From Podarcis vaucheri (lineage: Eukaryota): a stretch of 64,000 nt of DNA. Below, piece after piece: positions 1 to 10,801 of this stretch. Where the stretch lies: the NCBI GenBank assembly GCA_965113315.1, contig OZ220367.1; one strand, written 5' to 3'. Made by a program: the position numbers and the translations under genes. Position 1 is the stretch's first letter. Every line of letters starts with the position of its first letter. The notes beneath the pieces were generated by a model that ran no database searches, was not told the DNA's origin, and saw nothing but the letters and a program-made list of their open reading frames with translations.

Positions 1-715
1 AATGTGTTGTATGCCTTTTATTCACCAGCTTAGGTCAGGTCTGTACATTTAAATAACCTTCCAGGACGTGTTGTTCCAAAACATGACTTCTCTTGAATTC
101 CTATTTCTTTCAACGAGTCTAGTATAGCAGCAGAACTGTGAATTATGTCCCCTTCCCTACGCTTCTTAAGTTCATCAGTATGAATGTGCCAAGAAGGCTG
201 TTGACTCTATTCTATGTCTTGGATTTTGCAGTTTACAGGGAACGTCAACAGCAACACGGGTTTATATGGGGAGACGGGAGAGAAACAGCCTCATTGTTCT
301 GTTGCTCATATGTTTCTGCATGCTGCCTTGATGTGAAAAGATCTTTAGCCGCTTTGATGTATGAATTGTTTTAGAAATGTGAAAGTACATTCCTCCTTTG
401 TAATATCCACTTTGGGGAAAAAAGACGATGGTAGGTTAGGTTACAAAGAAGGGCGGGTAGAATGGGTTTGCTCCCTAGTGCCGTTCTGCAAACTGTTGTG
501 CAAAGCACTAGGGGAGACCTTGCTGCACAAAGTACCTGCAGCTGCAAAGGCATTATGCAACGGCATGCCTGTACAATGGGTACATGAAGCTCTCCAGTGC
601 ATAGTAAATATTTCCCTGTTGCAAAGCTTGTTTTGCAGCAGGGTTTGGGGGATTTCAAACACCTTACTTGCCAATGTTTCCCAGTGAGGAACTGCATATA
701 ACCCAGCTGTTAGGA

Positions 716-854
716 CAGGGATGGTGAACTTATGGCCCTCTAGGTGGTTGTTGGACTGCGGCTCCTACCAGCCCCAGACAAGCACAAACAGTTACAGTGG
801 ATGATGGAAATTGTAGTCCAGCAACAACTAGAAGCCAGAAGTTCCCCATCTCTG
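716..854. mobile_element. Palindromic hAT-like MITE, about 140 bp
   Basis: Ends CAGGGATGGTGAAC ... GTTCCCCATCTCTG; related decayed copies near 8914-9051 and 25800-25940; no clear TSD. Confidence 0.7.
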
Positions 855-1171
855 TATTGGACTGTGTTCTGGGCATGCGAAAAGAGGCTTAAAACTATAC
901 ACAGTTCAAGATACAAAATCCAGTTAGGAAAGAGAGAACGTTATCTTGTGCAAATGGAAGAACACCTCTGGATTTCACTTCATTGTGAAATGTTCTGCCA
1001 AGTAGGATCCGATCTTGCTTTGAGTGGAAGGGCATCTTTGGATCCACGTGACTCTTTTTGAAGTTAAAAGAAGAAAAGCTCATGCCTCAGCCGTACCACT
1101 CCTTATGCAGAAGGGCTACTGTACCCAGGAATCTTCCTTCTTCCTTCTTCCTTTCCTTTCCTTTCCTTTCT

Positions 1172-2223
1172 CATAGAATCATAGAATCATAGAGTTGGAA
1201 GAGACCACAAGAGCCATCGAGTCCAACCCCCTGCCAAGCAGGAAACACCATCAGAGCACTCCTGACATATGGTTGTCAAGCCTCTGCTTAAAGACCTCCA
1301 AAGTAGGAGACTCCACCACACTCCTTGGCAGCAAATTCCACTGTCGAACAGCTCTTACTGTCAGGAAGTTCTTCCTAATGTTTAGGTGGAATCTTCTTTC
1401 TTGTAGTTTGGATCCATTGCTCCGTGTCCGCTTCTCTGGAGCAGTAGAAAACAACCTTTCTCCCTCCTCTATGTGACATCCTTTTATATATTTGAACATG
1501 GCTATCATATCACCCCTTAACCTCCTCTTCTCCAGGCTAAACATGCCCAGCTCCCTTAGCCGTTCCTCATAAGGCATCGTTTCCAGGCCTTTGACCATTT
1601 TGGTTGCCCTCTTCTGGACACGTTCCAGTTTGTCAGTGTCCTTCTTGAATTGTGGTGCCCAGAACTGGACACAGTACTCCAGGTGTGGTCTGACCAGAGC
1701 AGAATACAGTGGCACTATTACTTCCCTTGATCTAGATGCTATACTCCTATTGATGCAGCCCAGAATTGCATTGGCTTTTTTAGCTGCCGCGTCACACTGT
1801 TGGCTCATGTCAAGTTTGTGGTCAACCAAGACTCCTAGATCCTTTTCACATGTACTGCTCTCAAGCCAGGTGTCACCCATCTTGTATTTGTGCCTCTCAT
1901 TTTTTTTGCCCAAGTGCAATACTTTACATTTCTCCCTGTTAAAATTCATCTTGTTTGTTTTTGCCCAGTTCTCTAATCTGTCAAGGTCGTTTTGAAGTGT
2001 GATCCTGTCCTCTGGGGTGTTAGCCACCCCTCCCAGTTTGGTGTCATCTGCAAATTTGATCAGGATGCCCTTGAGTCCATCATCCAAGTCGTTGATAAAG
2101 ATGTTGAATAAGACCGGGCCCAAGACAGAACCCTGTGGCACCCCACTAGTCACTCTTCTCCAGGATGAAGAGGAACCATTGATGAGCACCCTTTGATGAG
2201 CACCGGGCCCAAGACAGAACCCT
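1172..2223 (-). mobile_element. 5'-truncated CR1 LINE (RT C-terminal part, 3' UTR and (ATTCTATG)n tail)
   Basis: ORF 1251-2189 with [10 protein letters not shown] and KFADD RT motifs, no stops over 312 codons; octamer tail catagaat repeats at 1172-1192. Confidence 0.97.
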
Positions 2224-5200
2224 TCTCTCCCAGGCTATGCTGTACCTGTGCTACGATGGCTCCTGGCCATAATTTTTACAAATATTCTTGGAAAAAATTA
2301 AAAATTACTTTTCATTAAAATAATAATAATATGCCCTGTGACCTTCAGGCTACTCATCTGCTTAGTTTTGGTAACTCTTCAATATTGGGTGTTTCCAGAC
2401 CATTCACTGGGCCTTTCTCCAAGATGAAGCATTTTAAGCCTACACCCAACTATTAGGACTATGTCAGGCTGGAGGGGAGTGACTTACCCAAGAGATCTGT
2501 TTGTGACTGTTCAACTATTACCTTAAAGACTTGTGCTAATTAACTTTGCACTGTCTGATACTTTGTAGTAAGGAATTTCAAATGCTGGGCAGCCTGTCAA
2601 GAGGAGGGTTCCTTAGTGTGTTTTTTTTGGGGGGGGGGGAGCAGGGAGGTAATCAATCCATGTCTGTGTGTGCATTTGCCCATGCCAGTGACAGAGTTAG
2701 AATTAATGATTGGCAAAGCCAGGGACATGCCTTCTGGACTGGCTAATCCAGAATAAAGATTGATTTGCTTCAGTTTTCCCCATGGCTACATCAGGTTTGA
2801 ATTACCAGTCCTCTGAATTTCAAGTTTTGAATGAAATTTCTGATTTCAGTGTGTGTAAGTGGGGGGGGGGGGGAGAGAGACAGACAGACAGACATCCACA
2901 TTGTACATTTAAAGCTCATAACTTCCCACAAAGAATCTTTAGGTTGTTAAGGGTGCTGGGAATTGTAGCTCAATGAGTGGTAAGCTACAGTTCCCATGAT
3001 TCTTTAGGGGAAGCCATGGTGTGGATGACAGAAACGTACCAGTTTGTTCTCAGACAGCTGGGGGGGTTATTGTGGGGCCCACATTTCCCACCTGTGTTCT
3101 AAAGTAAGGGGTCAGCATCGAAAAACCACATAGCCTCATGAAATGGAGGCAGCAGAGTGTAGAGCAGTGCCACAAAATTCAGCATATATACAATGATGAA
3201 ATAAAGCTTGCTTTACTGTGGGGGTTCTAAGCATTATGCTGAATTGTGACTAAGAGTGCTTCCAGATAGGAGTTTATTATGGAATTGGTGCTGCTCATGT
3301 AGGCAAGGCTTGGTTTTGGTTTTTGTTCTTTTTTTCCACATGACATCATTGCCATTAAAATACTGGTCCTTGCTTCAAAAGTAATAATAATAATATGGAT
3401 CTCCCCTTACTATAGAAAATCTGATAAGTAAAAGCAGCCCATTAAGACATCTGCAATTACAGCTGGTATGGAAGCTTGTTAGCATTTTGGGGAGTGTGAT
3501 TTGGGTGGGTGGCTTCTAACACAACACCCCTATACTTCCATTTGCTTCCCAGTTGAGCACAATCTAACCATTTTCTTCCTGGTAGCTCAAATGATATGAG
3601 TGGGCTTATTTCCACCAACTGCTACATGCTGAAGGCACATTTGAATTTCAGCAACCTGATTAGGAGAAGCTGTTTTTCAAGATCTCTCTACTGTTGGGGG
3701 GGGGTATGTACCTCTGAGACTATGGGCTCCTCCACATTTACCTTTTGCCCCACACTTTCTAGGCTTTAAAATTAGATAAAAATATTAATCCCTCTTGTGC
3801 AAAAGCCTTGGTACTAAAAATTAGAAACAAACAAATGGAAATGTCCACCTTCCCCCACAAAAAAACCCAAAAACTACAAGTCTCTGTTTTTGCTTATTGT
3901 GAAACAAGATAACTAAGGCTTGCAACATTTGCTCTTGTGCACTTACTGAGAATTGTTTATGAAAAGGTGTCCTGAATAGAAAAAAGTTTGTGTAGTTTGT
4001 GATGTAGAAGTGGGGCACAAACCCACATGGGTGGAAAAACGATGATATGCAGGATTGAGAAAACTGGGGTGTGTGGAAGCCAACTACTCACACAGAGAGA
4101 TTGTATCTGAATGACCCATTTGTGATATAAGGCCCCAGTCTGGAAACACAACTGCGTGCAATTGAGTCAAATCTGGTAAACAAGAATAATAAGAATTGAA
4201 ACCGTTTGTGCTGTTCTGCAGCTAATCCCTTTTCCTCATCAGATTTTAGCTCCACTTCTGGCTAGCGTTATGTGTATATGTAATAAGGCTGGTACTTTGA
4301 AAAACTGTGATGTCCTGTACCAAAATCGTCATTTGGGCAAACATTTCGTCCCTTCAGCCTCACGGGAATTCTGTAAATGCTGTATACAGTATTGAGGCTC
4401 TTTTCTCTGCCTTTACCAAAATAAAAATAAAAATGGAATTAATCTGGTGGTCATGTGGACATCTATAAGGAATAACAATCTGCTTAAAAAAACAAAACGC
4501 TAACTAGGATTCAGACTGCTGTTCACATACACTTACCAGGGAGTAAACCCCTTCAAGAGAGTGGGGCTTACTTCTAAAAAGACACTTAGAAGAGTGCACT
4601 GTTAGCCAAATGCTGTCTAGCATACAACTGAGCGATGGTTATGCAACCGCACAATTTAGTCACAGTCGTGGGCAATACTTAACACATGAGTGTATACAAT
4701 CTAACAGAAAGTCAGGATGTTACTCCATTGAATGATTATAATTTTTAGTTTAGAGGCAATTATGAGTGTACTTACTACGAGGAGGCTATGGAAGAAATGG
4801 CAAAGATTTCTGAGGAGAGAATTCTGATTATACCTCAAGTTACCAAGGAGAACACTAGATGTATTTCAAAATGCTTTCTATTTTAAGGATTGTTCATCGT
4901 AATAGTCTGACAGGATATATTTAGAAGCGGCAGAGGTCCCCCCCTCCACCCCCCCTTCCTTGTCTGGGAAAATTCATACTACTTTATGCCACTATGGTTA
5001 TAAATCACATAATAAACTTTCCAGTTTCATGGAAAAATGGCAACCCTCAGCTTTGGTGTCTGATAGAAGGAAGATAAGTAATAAAGAGTCTCCTGTGTGA
5101 GAAGAAATAGGGAGAGCCTGCTGTTTTAATTTTGTTCCCAGCAGTGGGCCGAACTTTGTTCTTTCAGCGCCAACCTTCATGACTGGCTTGATTATAATGT

Positions 5201-6329
5201 TGGAATTCAATCCCTTGCATATCTTTGGGTTTGGAGCCATTAATGGAGTCTCCAGGAAGAGGGAGACATCTCCTGCAGGAACATAACAGTAAATAAAACT
5301 AATAACACACTGGATTTACACACAGTAATTTACACACAGATTACTCCGAATGCATAAGTTCACAACAGTGTCAGATTTTATTTCTATACCTTTAGATGCT
5401 GCTGCTTGAAATGCAGTTCAAAGGAATTTCATTTGTATTTCTTGGGATGTGGGAGAACTGTAGTGTCTCCCACCCCTCTTTCATTCTTATTTAATAGTTG
5501 AAATGCATGTATTTTAACACAGTGCACAGTCTAAAGAATTCCATGTATGGATAGGAATATGATATGTGTATGTGTGAAATTTAAAACTAGTTGTTCCAAA
5601 ATAGAGATTAAAAGGATGTTTATAACATTCTGATGACTGCTGGTTATTATGGGGATAACCTATGAAATGGGTAGGGGTGCAGCTGTGTTATACCAATGAG
5701 CTCAAACATACATTTAATGGCTTGGTCAACTAAATCTCAAAATGGTGGAGAAGAATTCTTATGAGAACGCCGGAAGGATGTGAGTTCTGTCCTCTCATCT
5801 TTTTTTTTTAATTTCTAAGTTTCTGCATAGCATGTGACAATAGGGTCCCATTGTTTTACATTTGATTTTACTCCAAATGCTCATACATCTTTAGGCTAAA
5901 AAAAAAGTTCATTGAATGTTGCTGGTTTTCTTTTTACACTTGTGCATTCTGCTCTAGGCTTTGTAATAATTTGCACAGTGGGAGAGGCGCCAGGCGTCTG
6001 TCCATCAGAACATAGGAGACTGTGCTTCTTAGAACCAGATCCAAAATTCCTGACAATATTATAGTTAGTGGCTTATGCATGTAGCCATCCATTCAGTTCC
6101 AGGTTGGAGGTGTAATTCAGATTAATCTTTGTGTATTCTACTTGCCCAGCAAAAGTTGGCCCTGTTCACCTGTTCCCCTACCCTTATTTCTTAAGAAGCT
6201 TCTGATTTAATAGAGGAATCGCCATTGAGTTTGGAACTACTGTAGTTTTGAAGTCAATCCTATTGTCATTAGGATTCTCTGCAAGGATCTTTTTTAGATG
6301 TTGATAGTTTACAGGAGTGCCTCTCCCTA

Positions 6330-6680
6330 TATCAGCCTGCCCCTTTCTTAAGATCGAAGGAGTGTCTTTAGCATGTCCTATCACTGGGGGAGATGTGGTA
6401 TGTGGTGATGCAGAAGAGAGCCTTCTCTGTGGTGGCACCCTGTTTGTGGAATATCCTCCCCTCAGAAGTGAGATTGGCTCTGACAATATTTTTTCACCAG
6501 GTCAAAACCTATTATTTGCCCAGGCATATTATGGTTTAGTTGCTTATTAGCCTGCTTTGTTATTTTTATCTCCCTCCATTTGTTTTGAGGGTTTCAGTGC
6601 TGGTTGTATGGTGGTTTTTAAAGTTTTGCACCCTGGCCAAGTATCTGTAGGTGAAGGGTGAGTTATAAATATTTTTAATA
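6330..6680 (+). mobile_element. Decayed L2-like LINE 3' fragment
   Basis: agagccttctctgtggtggcaccc...tggaat..cctcccc motif typical of L2 ORF2 ends; boundaries approximate. Confidence 0.55.
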
Positions 6681-7169
6681 TATTAAAAGGAAATAGTTGG
6701 CCTTCAACCAAGTGTGATGTCAATTGGCAAACAAATGGATATTTCTTTCTATTCTTTTTCTAAGCCACTCACCTCTTATTTTAAGTTAGTCTATCATAAA
6801 ATATACATGCTGCTCTCAAATTCTTTTATGTCAATTTTTTTTAAGTCATAGGATCTTGTTGGTTACGGTTAGCACTTTAAATAATATAGAGTTTGATGGG
6901 ATCCAAACATTCATTGTCTCCTGCTTCCGTTCTGCTATCCATGATGTAGGCCAATAAAAAACAAAGTTTGCAGTCTCATTAATACAAAGGGCCTTGGAAA
7001 CTTGCAAAATTGCTCAAAATAATTAAAACTTCCGTAAATTGGCTTGTTCAGGATGACGTATCCTGAGTTTGAAATCTCTTCCACTGTTTCAACTTCTGAT
7101 TTGTTTACGGGAAGAAGTGAACAGATGATCAATGGGAGCTGAACTATGATCTGAGGAGCCTCATGAGTA

Positions 7170-7414
7170 CAGTGGAACCTCAGGTTGCAAACGTGATCCA
7201 TGCAGGAGGCGCGTTTGCAACCCACAGTTTTGCGTCTTCACACGCACGTGACACGATTTGGCGATTCTGCGCATGCGCAAAGTGTGATTTAGCGCTTCTG
7301 TGCATGCGCGAGCACTGAAACCCAGAAGTAACCTGTTCCGGTACTTCCGGGTTTTGGCACATCCGTAACCCGAAAATGCGCAACCCACAGCAATCGCAAC
7401 CCAAGGTATGACTG
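7170..7414. mobile_element. Tc1/mariner (Tigger-like) MITE
   Basis: TA|CAGTGGAACCTCAGGTTGC ... GCAACCCAAGGTATGACTG|TA; TA duplication; CpG-rich interior. Confidence 0.85.
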
Positions 7415-7657
7415 TACTCAGGGCTTTCTCCCAGATCTCTGTTTTCATCTTGTGGTAACTAACCTGTGTAAGCTGTATCATAACTCTAAAATTATGTGGG
7501 CCACGCTGCTTCATACAGGGCACTGGTGGTGACTGAAACAATGAGCAAGTGAAATGAATGAAAATCCCAAGCCTTGAAAACCGTTGGTATAATAAGATCT
7601 AGAGCTCCAAATATTTAAACAATGATTAAGGACCTGTACTTGTAGGGTCAGTAAGTA

Positions 7658-7806
7658 CCGTATTTTTCCGTCTATAAGACGCCCCTATTTTGGGGGATTC
7701 CAAATTAAGAAAACATCCCTCAGCACTACCAGTGTGTAAGACGAGCCCCAATTTTAAACCTTTTTTTTTTGTACAAAACCCTAGTCCTATACATGGAAAA
7801 ATACGG
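7658..7806. mobile_element. Tc1/mariner-superfamily MITE
   Basis: TA|CCGTATTTTTCCGTCTATAAGAC ... GTCCTATACATGGAAAAATACGG|TA inverted repeats with TA duplication. Confidence 0.85.
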
Positions 7807-7942
7807 TAGTTCTTTGTGTGTGTGGTTGAATGTGCTGCTCTGATCCATTGTAACTAATAAAGAAAAACTGCTCACAATTTAGGGGAATTGGCTCTTGAAG
7901 TTACAAAATGGCTAATCCTTTTCTTCTTGGTTTATCTTCCAG

Positions 7943-7972
7943 ATCTACGCACAACGAACTAGAAAAGAACCG
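7943..7972 (+). CDS. MXI1: MXI1 coding exon (human exon 3 equivalent), basic region: (R)STHNELEKN(R)
   Basis: Acceptor tttatcttccag, 30-nt exon, donor CG|gtaagt; translation matches the MXD-family bHLH basic region; phase 2/2 joins correctly to 38447. Confidence 0.96.
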
Positions 7973-8913
7973 GTAAGTTACTGATAAACTGTCTTCCTGA
8001 AAATGCAAACTTTTATCAGTGTGTCTAAATGTTAAACCTTTCAGCTTTCCTCTGGTTTGCCCTGGCAGCCTGGAAATGCCACATTGCACCAGGTGAGTGC
8101 TTTTTTCAAAACGGAACAAAACAGCGTACACACAGAGACACACACACACAAATCCATGCAAAGATCTGGAAAGAAGAAGTACCTCTCTTACCCTCCCCGA
8201 AATGCAAAGAAGTGACCCATTTTTGCAGCTCATCTGTATGCAGAAGAAATACTGTTTCTCTTCTCTTTGCAAACTGAAATCTGATTGGGTCAGTGTCCAT
8301 ACATGAGGTTGCTAGGGTATCGGATTTCTCAGACACTACATGTTAAGGCCTGTCATAATCCCTGCCTATTGCAGGGAAATGGCATTGTCCAATGGCTTTT
8401 GAATCTGGCTAGCCATTGCTCCTCTGGAGTGGTGCTCTTGTAACGTGCTTCAGGATGCAGCCCGCTTATCCTTGAGCCCAAGTTTTTCAGCAAGCCATGC
8501 AGTTTTGTTGCTTGGCTAGCTCTACTCTATGACTCATCTCCTTTGTAACAGGAGTTAGAGTAATATAAATACTACTGAGACAACAGGGACTTAGTTCACA
8601 CGCAGATCGGGTTATGGCATTGCTTTCAGGATGCTATCATTGTACCCAGGCTTCCTATTTATAAACGTATCTTCAGGATTGGGGAGGGTGGGTGTAGGGA
8701 GGCTGGTTGAATCACTGTTCCCAGGCTCGCTGATATGGTCCTGTGGAAGGGAAAACCTCTTGCATGGGAAGGGCAGACTTACTCTGATCGCCTTCTGAAT
8801 CCACTGATAATGAAGAGGGGACCTCAGGCCTGGTGCTCCAATGGGACCCAACCACCGCTCTGTCCGGCTGTTGGCCACACCCTTCACAAATTCTGCCTCA
8901 TCAACTCCTTGAA

Positions 8914-9051
8914 CAGGTGCGGGAAACCCTTTTGCCCTGCAGATGTTGCTGAACTACAACTACACCAGCCCCAGCAAACCTGGATGATGGTCCGAGGTGA
9001 TGGGAGTTCAGCCACATCTGGAGGGGCAAAGCTTCTCCACACCAACCTCTG
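8914..9051. mobile_element. Decayed copy of the same palindromic MITE family
   Basis: cagatgttgctgaactac ... gttcagccacatctg internal inverted repeat; same layout as 716-854. Confidence 0.6.
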
Positions 9052-9622
9052 AATGTCTTCTGCCTGCCCTCGTACTCTGTATCTTGCTTGCCTGGGTGGA
9101 GAATAGAGAGGGGGCTGTATGAGTGTGGGTAGAAATTAGCTTCCTGTGCAAAGGTAAAATTCACCTTTGCTGCCTTGCTCACTTTTGCCTCAGGCCCTCT
9201 CCACCCCCAGCATGTGGCCCTCTAGTAAGGTGCTCAGATTGGAGCCCAACCCTCGGTCTGAAACGGGTTCCCCCCACGCCACCCGCAGCAGGGGCATCTC
9301 CAGCTTAGCATCCTGGCTAAAGACACAGCCACAACTCTCAGGCTGGAACAGCAGAAGTTAACGTTCTTCCACAAAATCAAAAGGTTCTGTGTGCGCACCA
9401 GCGTCGCTCTGTCACAGCAGCGCTTTGTAGTTTTTGCTTTGGTGTCCTGCCTTGTCCCCTGACATCGCAAGCCTGTTCTTTGTGGGTTTCCTGTGTATGT
9501 TTACTTCCTTCTGCAAAGGGCTGGGGGCTGGGCCCGTTGTTGTTGTCTTGAGCTGAGCTTGCAATTTCAATTAACGATAATGCTAAAAGTGCACACAGCT
9601 ATATGCTTTTGAGGCACCAATA

Positions 9623-9822
9623 NNNNNNNNNNNNNNNNNNNNNNNNNNNNNNNNNNNNNNNNNNNNNNNNNNNNNNNNNNNNNNNNNNNNNNNNNNNNNN
9701 NNNNNNNNNNNNNNNNNNNNNNNNNNNNNNNNNNNNNNNNNNNNNNNNNNNNNNNNNNNNNNNNNNNNNNNNNNNNNNNNNNNNNNNNNNNNNNNNNNNN
9801 NNNNNNNNNNNNNNNNNNNNNN
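9623..9822. other. Assembly gap (200 N)
   Basis: Run of exactly 200 N; true length unknown. Confidence 0.99.
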
Positions 9823-9953
9823 CAGGCCTCTCTATCTGACATGCTTGGGTTCCCATGGAGATTCTGGCTGCGTTCAACTGAGCATGCCCAGAAGCTTCCC
9901 TTCTGTCAGGGTGTGCAAAGGCCTCTGCACTGAACATATGAAGATACAGCTGG

Positions 9954-9955
<2 letters not shown>

Positions 9956-10005
<50 letters not shown>

Positions 10006-10007
10006 TG
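9956..10007. repeat. Compound microsatellite (CT)n(GT)n
   Basis: Directly visible. Confidence 0.97.
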
Positions 10008-10593
10008 TTCCCCACCTAAAGCTCTTCTGCTCTGTAGGAAGAATCCTGATGAATTGTTAGAATTTTTTTTGAAAATATTGCTAGTGTGATTAATGAATCT
10101 TTCTTGCTAATGAGCAACCTTGTATGCTGAATGGGTACTGATAACTGTAATAAATGAATAGGTGCTACGGGCCACGGATTGAGAGAAGGGGTACTGTAAC
10201 GCTGTTGCTCATCAAAAAAGGGAACATCATAGGAAAGGAGGAAGTACCCAAGTTGCAAAGAACTGATATTAATGTTTACAGAAGTCAAATCCATGCCACA
10301 CCATATATTTAAAGCGCTCTTGCGCCACCTTAGCAGTCATGGTTCCTATGCAATTGTACCTCTGCCAAGGGGCCTCTGAACAACTTTCAGCCTCCTTAAA
10401 ATACTACAGTTCCCAAGATACTTTAGCAGCATAAGAGTGCTAAACTGTGATAACTAGCACAGGATACTTCTGAGATTTCGACTACACAATGTATTCCTAA
10501 AAGCTACTGGGGGGAATAGTCATAATTTTAGCTTTTTGCAGGTATGCCTAAATAATGCCCTTTGTCAGTATCTTTATCGCCCCAAAGGACTTA

Positions 10594-10801
10594 AAGTGGT
10601 ACCTTCGGTTACAAACACTTTGGGTTACAAACTCTGCTAACCTGGAAGTAGTTACCTTGGGTTGTGAACTTTGCCCCAGTTTGAGAACGGGAGGCGGCAG
10701 CGGGAGGCCACATTAGCGAAAGCGCACCTCAGGTTAAGAACAGTTTCAGGTTAAGAACGGACCTCCAGAACTAATTAAGTTCGTAACCCGAGGTACCACT
10801 G
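10594..10801. mobile_element. Tigger-like MITE (CAGTGGTACCTC family)
   Basis: Ends aAGTGGTACCTTCGGTTAC ... GTAACCCGAGGTACCACTG|TA; colinear with copy at 55287-55511. Confidence 0.88.

Noticed and set aside
1195-2196. Plus-strand ORFs of 93, 134 and 65 aa
   Set aside because: Antisense shadows of the CR1 reverse transcriptase frame.
9567-10015. ORFs spanning the N run and microsatellite
   Set aside because: Artefacts of the assembly gap and dinucleotide repeats.
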